From positions 1-64,000 of the forward strand of contig MU271328.1 in the NCBI GenBank assembly GCA_021432655.1: 64,000 bases of DNA, given 5' to 3'. Under the pieces are notes generated by a model. That model was given only the letters and a program-made list of their open reading frames with translations, was not told where the DNA came from and made no database searches. A program made the translations under genes and the position numbers. Below are positions 36,920-48,477 of this stretch, piece after piece (position 1 is the stretch's first letter; each line of letters begins with the position of its first letter). Source of the stretch: Atractiella rhizophila. Taxonomy: Eukaryota.

Positions 36920-39900
36920 CGTACTGCGCTGATCGTGGCAAGAATCTTAATGGGGAAGATAGGAAAGTAAGAACACGGCGTTACGATCACGTGACTGAAC
37001 TCGTCCGGGCAACGGAGATAAAATCAACATACCGTGCTGCGGAGCTTGGAGATTATTGAGAGTTGTTGGAAGTCCCGCAACCGTTTGTTTTTGTTTTCCA
37101 TTTACCACTTTCCAGGCACTAGGTACTCTAATCTGTCACTCCTGCGGCACCCAACCCACCCTGCAACCTTCCAGGGGATCATCGATCACTTTGTCTCCGC
37201 TGATTTCCTCACTTTGTTTGAAAATCCCAGTCCTCGCCCATCTCGTCAGTTATTTCTTCTCCAGCGTCGATTTGCAGATATCAAGCTGAGTCCATCAAAA
37301 TGGCACAAGTTTCGGCGGGGGAGGATGGAATAGGGGCATGATCTCTCTTTTCTTCTTCTCATCGCATCTAACATAAGCGGGCTGTGGTCTGGCATCTTTT
37401 CTCAGGAAACGATTGAGCAACGACCATCAATCCCACTTGCAGATCAGGGCCAGGCGCAGTGGCACAGCCTGGTTTATGGAAGATCGCCAGCAAGACTTCA
37501 TTTCGGCTAAAGGACCTAAATGGTGCAAATGTTTCTGAAGAGAGACTGATGCACATCAGGAGAGATGTTAGTGACATTCTGGAAACAATGTACAATGGAC
37601 CTTTTTATTGCGAGAAGACGTGGCAACAGATTCCTCATGCCCACTGCATTCGTGGTGTTGCGGTGTTGAGACCAAGTTTCCAGAAGTGACCCAATGCAAG
37701 AAGGACACGCGATAGCTGATCGTCTCTTTGGTGACAGCAGACATTGTCAATTAGAGCATTTCAGGTCCAGTATTAGAGGTTGCGAGAAGCTACTGGGAAC
37801 GGAGACGTCACGTCAGGAGCTGCAACCGGCATCCCACAGAATCAGGTCAAATTCTGCCTGTGAAAGCAAAAGAGCGGAGAGTGGAACAAGAACCAACTTA
37901 TCGCTACAGAGAGGATCAAGAAGCAAAGAACAGATTCCCGCTCAATGTTTGTCATCTTCATCTGGTACCACTCCAGACTAATATTCCAGCAGGTTTATTG
38001 ATGTTCCTATACGATAGATCCTGCATTGCAAGTTGCCACCATCTCCTTCAAAGGTGTGTCGTTTACTTTGCAATGCAGACTCAAGTGGCCGCCCCACTGC
38101 AGTGATTGGCTGTGATTACGACAAGCTGCAGGTACAACAACTTCCGCTTCTGGTAAACATGTGCCGCTGGGCAATGTGGAATATGCCGCCACTGTGACCC
38201 ATCACTAACTGCCTGTTGAAGAAGCCAGCATGGCAACAGATTCCATGAAGAAAGCAGGGATTGGAACATTCTGTTTCGATAGTGGTAAGCATGTTTCTGA
38301 TTTACGCAGGAATATAGCTAACCGTATTTGCTTGAGCTCTACAATTGAGTGTGGACTCTGACCCTCCTGTCCAAGTCACCGGTTCAGCCCATGCTTCGCC
38401 TCCCTCAGATCCCTCAAATTCGACCAAAAATCACTCAACTTACGATTGCCAAGGATAACTTCAATCTCACAGGAGCATCTGAGAGAAGCCACAGTAATTC
38501 TTCCTGGTACAGAATGTCATGAGGCTGACCATTGGAAAGCTTCAGATGCTACGACGGATCCGCCACGTTCATCTCATGCGGCAGCCCTCCCCTCATCAAC
38601 ATACACCATGCATCTGCCGTGACCACGGATATCACTATAGAAGCAGCGGTGTGACTACTCAATAGTGTCGCTAATGAAAGGAACAGGCGCTGGCGGGAAT
38701 GCGGCGGATCACTATGGACAACACTCCATCTGGTCAGATGCTCCTTTAATGCAAATTCCCGTTAAGTCACCAACACATTAAAGCAAAAGGTAACATTCCA
38801 GGGTCTGCGCCACCCTTTGCTGAGAAGACGGTGCTACCACCTCGTACGTTGGGGAAGGCCGTGGCAGTTAACAACGCTGGGTTATCTTTCACAGGAAGCA
38901 CTGTCCACATACTCCATGTTATGTGTGTCTGAGATGCTCTTGTGCACTTCATATTGAGTCTACCCCCATACCAAGAGGGACAAACAAGTGGATCCTAGGT
39001 GGAAGGTGTGTCAGCAGTGCAGTATGGCAGAAACTCCTAACTAATGCACACATCTGTCATTTCTTGGTGATGCAGGGAGATGTACAAACGGTTCCGTATG
39101 CAACAGTATGAGCAAGAGCGGTCTGCAGGCAACCTGGTGGCAGAACGGGATTTTATAAAGGAATACACACTTCTTTCGGCGGCTGAGAAAGCTGTGTGTC
39201 TTTCTGTCTAGTGTGACATCTGCTTTGCTGATTGCCAATTGTTTTAGGACTGGAATAGGCATCGGAAAGAGCAATCAGAAGCTGTCAAGGTCACGGTGAG
39301 GAATTCTACTAACTCAACTTCAACGGTAGATTGATTGTATCTGTGTAGAGCTGAAAAGGAGGGTCATGAGCAGAAGAGTAGAATAGTGGAGCAGGGAGGG
39401 AAGAAGCGGGTGTCGGGGGGGGGGGACGCTCGGAACTTGGGAAGGAGGCATGGATTGATGAAAAATCAGGCAAACCGAAGGAAATAACGAAAATACCTAC
39501 TTTTTGCGCGAGTCACCTCGTCACTTGTGCTGGAAAAAACGCAAAAAAAACCGTAGCCTAACCCCTATATTCCGTGTTTCCCTGCAAGACGGAAAAGACG
39601 GAAAAAGCTAGGGGAAAATCGCGAAAAGCCGGACAACATTTTTGACAGGGATTCAAGAATCAGTTTGCGTAGACCTGCTGGCGTCTAATGAGACGAACCC
39701 GTAAAACGGATGTGACACAGCCCTCCCCCTCTGAGTGGTCCTTCCGCTGAATTCACTGTCATCGTCGTTCATATTCGGCGCGAAAAGGAATGATGACTTG
39801 ATGTTATTTGAAACGTCGGCTTCTTGCGTCTGCCGGATTATTTTTGAACTGTTTCTCCTAGAAGTCCCCTTAGTCCGACTTTGCGGTTCCGTTCGAGGAT

Positions 39901-40904
39901 TTCGGTGCCTCCTTGTCGGCCGCTTGTTTCACATTTCACATTTCCTCAAGTGAATTGGAACGCTCTAGGAAAAGCCTGAGCATCAGCAGAGCTGAGTACT
40001 TTGGACAGAACTGCGGAGCGACTTTGGAGTGCCTTAGAGAGCTATGAGGGCTAAACGGCTCCTGAATGAGCATCTATAGACTATATAAAGCGACTACGAC
40101 CGCAAACCGCAGCTCTAAACTGAAGCCATATTACCTGAGTGGCGTCTGGGCAGCACTTGGCGCCGGCGTCAAACAACGACGTTTAAGGCGACCGCTCGGA
40201 AGCTGGACAACCCCCATTCAGCAACATGATGGTATAGAACGGCTGGGATTTCAACACCGGCTTCATTTCACGGGTCATTGACTCTAATGTGAGTCACGGT
40301 ATTGCCTGACCACTTGCGCTGGATTTTGAAAACATAGCATCGAAATTGAGAAGGGTGCAGCAAAATATATAGACAACACACCGAGAGTTCGTTGGACTGT
40401 TTCTGCATACAGATAACGTTTATGACAAGTTCCCTTCTTAAGGAGGAAACGACGCTAACGGCGCGGCGCGAGCGTGCCATGCAATAGCAATAACACTCAA
40501 CACTCACAGGGAGAACATGGGCACAGACAACAGCGCGACTTCCGGTGACTACGCTACGACACCTCTTCCAATGACAAAAACCCTAACCAAAACCAAAACC
40601 AAGGATCGCACCTTTCGGCAGTTTGCTCCAATAGTCAACCCGGAGTAAACATGGCTCTCTCCTTCCTCCTTCCGTCGCGGAGACTTGATAAGACCATCGG
40701 ATGCTAAGAGTTGTCAAGAATTGGATCTCATGGCGTGGCTAACGTTCAAAATGAGGTAAATGAGTTGTGAAAGCACCTTGCCATCCCCAAACACTCTGTA
40801 AGACCTGTCGGATCCAGCAAGGTGAAGAAACAAAGTATGGAGTGCCTGGTTCCGAACCATGAACCAGTCGGACCTAGCCCCCCGGGGGTTAACCAACGAA
40901 TTTG

Positions 40905-41075
40905 GTCAGCTGACCCGTCGCCCTAAAGGTCGGAGTTGGTCGGCGATAAAACTGGTCGACCTGTTTTGACCTGCTTTTTGGCTGCAAATTTTCTCAAATT
41001 GAAGCGCAAAACCATTTGTCGCTTGCGCCGTCCGGCCATTGCGCAAACCCCTGGGGGCAACCAGTTTTGCCCTTG
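40905..41075 (+). repeat. Diverged inverted copy of the TE subterminal region at 51775-51970
   Basis: Shared blocks GTCGG..TAAAACTGGTC, GCAAAT..CTCAAA..GCGCAAAAC and CCGGCC..ACCAGTTT.GCCC. Confidence 0.7.
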
Positions 41076-42307
41076 GCCCCTGTCAGAGCCATTCTATAAA
41101 CTTTAAACATCTTCTTGATTGCTCGCAAGTGAGTCTAAATTGCGGAACACGAGTAGGAACGAGCAATCCAGTAGCAATCGAAATTCGGAACTGAAACGGG
41201 CTGTCATTGACGGAAAGGAACCTATGCTCTTTTATGGGGAGACATGGGAGCATTTGTTCTGTCGTTGCGGATGGACGTTCGGAGCGGATGAGTGCATGGG
41301 CTAGTTGTTGTTCTCCTACGCCTCCTGAGTATGAGGGAAGTTAATCTCAAAGGGAGGTCAATTCTAGTACTCTCGGGGATCTAATGTGCATGCCGTATTT
41401 CCAGATAACAACTATGATCGTCTCAGAACGACCTTGTTGTGAAAACAATGTGGTGCAAGAAAACAATGTGGCGCAGACAGTATAATGATATCAGCTCATC
41501 ATTAGCAGAAAAACAACGGGAACCTATTGATCAACACCGGAAGTCGATACTTCATCCTTTCTGTCAATTTTTGCTTTGTTAACTTGTTGATGATAGCTTT
41601 GTCCTTCCAAGGCTGATTCGAAGCACTGAATTTCATCAACAGTCGTCAGAGCTTTCCTTCCTGTTATGTACTGTATCACTCTGAACTTCACAGTGACATG
41701 TTTGCCATGGGCCATAGGGCATGTCATATCCTAGACATATGCGGGTGACTGCATCACACTCTATGAATTTGAGGGAAATTTTCATTCCGGGTTTTCTCGA
41801 TTTGGGCACCTATCATCATAATGGACAGCAAGAGGATGAGTGACGCTCTAACAGGCGGTCAGCAGGCTTGGTATAGGGTTTTATCCAATCCCCATGACAG
41901 CACCATTGTCATACTCCAAGGAGGCATTCACAAATGAAGTCTGTCTAACATCTGATATTTAGGACAAAGACACACCAGCAGTTATTCATGCGGATATACC
42001 AGCGTTCCATAAGTTCTATACTGTCAGCATGTTTGAAAACCGTTTAAGTTGCAACACACCGGAGCCGATCGTTGATAGGGCTTTGCACCGTCCCGTCCGT
42101 CGATTTTTTGGGCTGGGACGGTGACGGGACGGGTGAACCCGCACCGTCACCCGCACCGTCATCAGCAACAAACCACCTCTGACGGTGACGGTGCGGTTGA
42201 CGGGTGAAAAAAAGCGGTTGGCGGACGGGTTGGATGGTGTAGACGGTGTGGATTAATCGTCAGTTGGCGTATGTAGACTACATGAGCAAGCAAGCTTGAA
42301 TGAAGCA

Positions 42308-42863
42308 CTAGTCACTATCAATGTTCATAACAAAATCCTTCGAAGAAGAAGACAACTTGACAGGTTCAAACAGCCAAGACAAACCCCCGTTCTTCTTCCT
42401 ATCTAACATCCACCAAGAGCGTAACATCATGAGTTTTTGGATTGTTTCGGCCTTCAGGGAAGCTCGGCGCAATGAGATGACATCTCTGCCAGAGGAAAAC
42501 ACTCGTTCAACAGCTACTGCAGATGCTGCCACCACAATGCGATATTAACGTCAAAGCAAGAAGGGAAATAAGAAAGGACTCACCAGGGATGCAAAGCACA
42601 CTTTGTGCTAAAGGGACCAGAGCTTGGAATCTACCACCCGCAGCCTGTGCTTGCCACCACTGGAGAGGATCCAAGCTGCCGACATCAGGCTCTCCGTCAT
42701 CGGGATCTTGCAGTTTGCGGATATGCTTCCAGTAGCGATCGAGGATATGCGTTGGCGACGCTGCTGTCTGAACGTTGTTTTGGCGACCGATCCGCTCATT
42801 GAGCTTCTGCTGTGCACTCAATGCGGGCTTTGAGTTGTTGACCTTCACAGAGATAGGAGTTGC
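42308..42863 (-). CDS. hAT transposase C-terminal (dimerisation) exons
   Basis: DPLQWW...LAQSVLCIP, a GTGAGT...CAG intron, then ASAVAVERVFSSGRDVISLRRASL. Confidence 0.92.
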
Positions 42864-45448
42864 TACTTCCTCTCTCTCTCTACTTGGCTCGACGGCGTCT
42901 ACGTAACTTCCTCTACGCCTTTCCCCTACCGCCCTTGCCTTTCTGATCCTCAGTCTCCTTCTCCTCTCTTCCCCTTCCTATTCTTCTTTTTCGCCTTCTC
43001 ATGACGACAACTTTGTCATCTCCACTCACTAAGAAAACGACGGAACTGAGACACCGAGTTCCCTATGGCAACGTCCACACATGCCTACTTCTTTTAAGTT
43101 GACACTTACTTCTCTGTTTACCTCTGCCTTTTGCCTTCCATACGATACACGGACACGAGAAGATGGGTGGACCACGACTACGGTACTGTGACACACGTCT
43201 CTTAGCCTCAGCATGCTCCCTTTTCGTTGGTAGTTTAAAACGATGCTCCGATAAGTTCTAGGAAGATTTGAACGGTTCTGGTCAGAGAGCGAATCGAAGC
43301 CACTACCACGTTTCGAGGTCGGACCGCTGGCGCAAAAGGCTACGGTGTTTACGTTCGCTGAGGAGGCAGTTTGTGGCCGTGTTTTCATGTTGATACTGCC
43401 AGAGTAGTCCGTGACCAGGTCGGTACCAAGACGAATGGTCTAGACGAAGTGCGTGGAAACACTTCAATTTGGGCCACTTGGGAAGTTGCTCGAACTAAAT
43501 AGGAAACGCTTTCCCTTGTACTGAGGGCCTCTGATGTCAGCCCTCTCCCCTGAGTTGTGGGGATAAGGACGTACCCGCGTTGGCTTCGTTCAACAGAGCT
43601 TCTACTGAGCGTTTCCTCTAGTCCGTACGTGGGTAGACGAATTAGGTACGGCTCTTCCGACTAGGCTATAAACAAAACCTTTGTCCGCCAGCTGGGTCTT
43701 GCCGACTTCATAGAATAGAGGTCTACCTGACGTAGGAGACGAGTTAGCAAGTGCCTTCAACTGACAGGGCTTTTGAAGCACTGAACGAGTGTATATAAGT
43801 GCCATGAGGTGCGAGTTAAGGCTCGAGAACCTGGTAGGTTTCTTGTCGAGAGCTTACACGTCGAGTGGAGTGGCGTTTAGAAAGGAAGAAAAAGTTCCAT
43901 ACACGAAAGACAAAAACTCTGTGTGGAGACTCGTGCCCTACTATCCTGGTTTAACCACTACCGCTCTAGCGTGACAGATAACTGTCAACCTGTAGCTCGT
44001 TAGAGTAGCGAAAAGTACGTTAGACACGTGTGAAGCAACTATTCCTTCCTGTGGAAACAATTACGAGACGACCTAAAACAACTCGACTTCCCTTTTGTAA
44101 ACCCCCTCTCTTACCGTTTTCACCAGATGCCTCACGAGTTCTTCGTACCTAACAACCCTTTCCATCGGAAAAGACTATAGGTGACACTTACAACGACTTA
44201 TTAGAACGAAAATCTAGAGCTAATATTACAGCCTATTACGCTGAAGTTTACTATACTACTACCGGTACGACCTCCTAGAGAAGTTACGACTGTTGTAGCT
44301 AAAGGGGCATTTGCTTGCTGCTCCGTCTACAGAGGGGGGTAGTAGGTAGAACGGCGGAACAGAGACAACTTACGTGAGCCACGTACCGGTCGTAGGTGTT
44401 TTCGACCGGCGCTGCAGTGAGGGTTCTTGGGAGGGCTCAGGTCACCGTAAGGAGGAGTTCAAAGGCTACTATTTGTTGTTTGGGGGAGGAGAACAAGGGT
44501 AGCTACTGCTGCTACTTAGGCGTAACGGCATAGTCACAGTCGAGCGTTGGGACGAAATTACGTCTACCCTGACAAAAGCACCTTCTTCTAGGGTTTGACC
44601 TACTTTACTACCTACCTTACCCTAACCCACTGTTGTATTGCAGTCTGTACTTACGACTACAACCTTGCCGATAGGTCGCCCATTCAAAGGAGAACGAAAG
44701 AGGGACAAATTGTAACTTGACTACCTAACTGTCGAGGCTCGCTAGTATTTTACACGAGCGAGTAGTGGCGTCTTCTTCCTCTACACCAAGTTCGAGGAGC
44801 CAGGGGGTGGAATCAGCTCTCACTTCTCAGGCTTTTTCAAGAATAGGAACTGCAAGTTTGCGCCACCAGGAGTTGAACGTCGTACGACGTCGCGCGCGAA
44901 GAGAAAGCGAGGCGGCAGCTGGTGAAACGAGTTATAATGAGGGTTCTAGACTTTCCACACGCCAACTCACTCCTTCTGACCCTACGTTAGTTCGAGCAGA
45001 ATAGCACCAACCTCCTCAAACGGCTTCATTGACGAGAATACAGAAGCCGGAGGCTACAGTGGTAGTCGTCGCAACAAGACGATAAGGAGTCGAATAAACT
45101 TTTCAACCTTCTCCGGAAACGGAGAGACGGTGAGGCCTGAGGCTTTTTCCATTTCCTACCCGAGAGGTTCCGTGTAGTTTTCAACCGTTTCATAATACTA
45201 TTTAGACTACGAAAGGGCATGATGAAAACCCGATAAACACTCGAGATAGAAAGAAGGGTGTAAGAAGAGTAGGCCGACGTATACAGACAAACGACTAAAC
45301 CTACCTCCCTTATCATGAGCTGGGATTACGACCAGGACGTTGAAACCTCCTAGGCGCAATGCGAAAGCTAGGGAAGACCCACCTCGTACGGTTCCTGTTG
45401 GACTTCTCCTTCAAGCTGTCGCTGATGCCGGTGAATTGGGGTGGTGAG
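42864..45448. other. Mirror-image (reversed, not complemented) core of the hAT transposase gene
   Basis: The base-by-base complement read left to right gives a BED finger (CHKC...HWSSH), SIDSWTSSN, SDNATSN, RCLP-IIHLAA, RSSPQ, LILDVQTRWSST, KLAKYY and LDP, separated by canonical introns. Confidence 0.95.
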
Positions 45449-45978
45449 NNNNNNNNNNNNNNNNNNNNNNNNNNNNNNNNNNNNNNNNNNNNNNNNNNNN
45501 NNNNNNNNNNNNNNNNNNNNNNNNNNNNNNNNNNNNNNNNNNNNNNNNNNNNNNNNNNNNNNNNNNNNNNNNNNNNNNNNNNNNNNNNNNNNNNNNNNNN
45601 NNNNNNNNNNNNNNNNNNNNNNNNNNNNNNNNNNNNNNNNNNNNNNNNNNNNNNNNNNNNNNNNNNNNNNNNNNNNNNNNNNNNNNNNNNNNNNNNNNNN
45701 NNNNNNNNNNNNNNNNNNNNNNNNNNNNNNNNNNNNNNNNNNNNNNNNNNNNNNNNNNNNNNNNNNNNNNNNNNNNNNNNNNNNNNNNNNNNNNNNNNNN
45801 NNNNNNNNNNNNNNNNNNNNNNNNNNNNNNNNNNNNNNNNNNNNNNNNNNNNNNNNNNNNNNNNNNNNNNNNNNNNNNNNNNNNNNNNNNNNNNNNNNNN
45901 NNNNNNNNNNNNNNNNNNNNNNNNNNNNNNNNNNNNNNNNNNNNNNNNNNNNNNNNNNNNNNNNNNNNNNNNNNNNNN
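45449..45978. other. Assembly gap (530 N)
   Basis: Run of N. Confidence 1.
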
Positions 45979-48477
45979 GCCCGAATGCTTTTACGAATGT
46001 TGGGATTATTTTCTGCCATTTTTCTGATTGAGGAAAGCTTGAAAAGGCAGGCTGCTTTTATACAGGAGAGTTGCAAAAGCAGCAAGACTTTGACAGTAAC
46101 TTTTGGGTCTCTGGCTCCAAGACCATCATGCAGCGGCAGTACCCATGATGGACCCTCATGTCCTCAAAGAACCAAAGGACTCACCTCACAAACCATTGCC
46201 AGCACAATGCTAACGAACATGAACCGTCGTGAATCGTGGTGATTGCAATGGAAGGGAACGTTGATGGTGGCGCAGTATGGAAGAATCAAGGTAACTGAGG
46301 CCACTCCAAGTACAGGATGAAAGAACTTCGTCGCTTGCTTCATGACAATGTTGGAGCTCTGTTGCAATGACTGGAATCAGGATGGAAGGCTGGATGGTGG
46401 ATGCATGGAATGCTTTGCACAAAGACCCGGAACGGGAACACGAACTACTCACGGACACGGAAACTCAGCCCATTTCACCTCCTCTCTACTTTCACCTTTC
46501 GACCGTCTCACCCGTTAAAACCGTTCCAGAACAGGCTCCAGGAAGGGACGGACGGGACAATCCCGTCAACAACCCCGTCCGTCATCAACAGAAAGCAAGC
46601 TGTGACGGTGACGGGACGGGGGGGCCAAAAAAGCCGTCCGTCCCGGACCCGTCAGCCGCATTGACGGTGACGGTGCAAAGCCCTAATCGTTGACAAGGGT
46701 CACAAGGCTCCGAAATTTCTGGTGACATCCAAGTTAACGGGTTTCTATTAAGATCGGATTTCTGCAGGGTCTCTCTGACAGTCTCGACTCAGAGCTGGTA
46801 TGGCGTTTGTTTAAGCACCTCCGTTGATATCAAATATTATGCTGTGGAACCAGCGTCGTTTCACAGATTGTCCATAGATTGTTCAAATCCATCATGACAA
46901 CCCTGCATCGATACAGTTGTCACTCTCGTTCTTATCTTTGAGGAGCTACTGGCGGTACAGAACTTCTGCTAATCTCACCTGTATGCATCAGTCCATCAGG
47001 TTTGCATCCTGTTTACATCGTGTTCAGTCGACTGTCGCGTGACCTTGAGTTTCGGACAAAAACTCCTGAATATTATAGGAGGATCACAAGACTGCCATTC
47101 TCTATATTAGAGCTCCTCTCAGCTTTCTCTCGTGGAGTTTCGCGAATGTTTCAATGTCTCAGATCCAATTCACACATTCCCGACCTAAGTCGAAGCTAAA
47201 ATTTGTTGTAATCGCGGAAAGAGGGGCGCCAATGGGATATAAAAGTCTCGTGCCTCTCGACGTCTTTTCTCTTTTCCCCAGCCTGGTGCAACCATTAAAA
47301 AGATCTCTCGATTTCCCCCTTCTCTTCGACAGAGTAGCAGCTCCTTCGTGCCCTCCTTCAAGGCTTATTGGTCTTTTGATGCGTCTCACTGCCTGTTCCC
47401 TGCCATAGATGATAAACTGATGAGCTCGATGTCTAACAACTCTTGTGCTTGCCCTTTCTATTTTCTTGCGACCTCGATTCCTCCTTTATCCGCAGAGCGG
47501 ATAGACGAAATCACGACCCTTTTGCACATCGAATCGAGACTTTCGAAGTGGTTGACTTGCTAATACCACCATGGCTGGAACTATTCAGAACCTCCGCCTC
47601 CTCTCCCTCTTCGCTTCTTCTGCATTTGGGGCGGCTCTGCCAACTTCTTCCGACTCCGACGAGCAAGGGCCTCCTGTCGAAGCGAAGCCTCCGAATTTGA
47701 TACCGCAGCATCACAACCGCAAGTTGGGTTCCATTCCGAAGGCCTGACTTGACTACACCTCAAATCAGAAACCGACGATGCCAGCTGTCGTACCGGCACA
47801 TCAGTTGAAGAAGTTCGTCTCCCGTGTTCCTTACTGCGCTAGGTTTCCTCACTAATCAGGTTGGTACCCACGGGCGCCACCACCACGATTTCGTTATCCC
47901 AGCTGCGCTGCCTCTGGCCGTGCATGACCCCGAAGTTTATGGCTCATATATTGGCCAGGAATGCCGCAGCATCTACTACGATCCGCATCGCAGGTCTATC
48001 TCTCTCTCCCGCTCTTCAAGGTCGATATGGAAAGCTAAGCTAAACGGCGTTGTAGTCAACCCTGGAACAACCATCACGGTTTTACGAACTACGACGGTGC
48101 GACCTACTTCCCAGACCCGGTTGTGCATGGAAAGTGGGTCTTGCTCTTCCCCGCTCTCCATTCGTTCATTCGATCCGATGCATGTTGTCGCGGGGCAGGT
48201 GCGAACTGAATCGAATCGAGCGCCGTTCCAAGCATCGTGGATCGAACCTTCAGCTGAAAGCAGGAGCCCACATAAGTCCGAATCGAAGAAACCGCTGAGC
48301 ATGGGAAGAAGGAGAAGCCCTCTCGACTACAACACCAAGACGATGGCGTGTTGATGTTGGTGTCAATGTGCCGCCAGTCAGGCCTGGCATCCATACGAAA
48401 GCGCGTCGCGACGGACCTCGAGAACTGGCGACTACTGGAATTCCTGGATTTGTGGAAATTGCTGCCCCTGTTCCTTG

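Larger units (their letters stand above)
42076..46685 (-). mobile_element. hAT DNA transposon with both ends intact
   Basis: Perfect 17-bp TIR TAGGGCTTTGCACCGTC (42076-42092, 46669-46685), perfect 8-bp TSD ATCGTTGA (42068-42075, 46686-46693), and dense GACGG/CCGTC subterminal repeats at both ends. Confidence 0.97.

Noticed and set aside
37000..39100. Cys-rich ORF fragments as zinc-finger or MULE genes
   Set aside because: Fragmented, with no consistent frame or diagnostic motif.
42076..42250. CRISPR-like array from the GACGG repeats (also the clusters at 9330, 48640 and 57824)
   Set aside because: Short motifs in both orientations with irregular spacing next to TIRs. These are transposon subterminal repeats in eukaryotic DNA, and no cas genes are present.
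43029..45316. ORF-track ORFs inside the mirror block (e.g. 43029-43388, 44765-45004, 45026-45316)
   Set aside because: Chance frames. The real coding information is in the un-reversed complement.
45359..46085. Long poly-X ORFs
   Set aside because: Artefacts of translating through the N gap.
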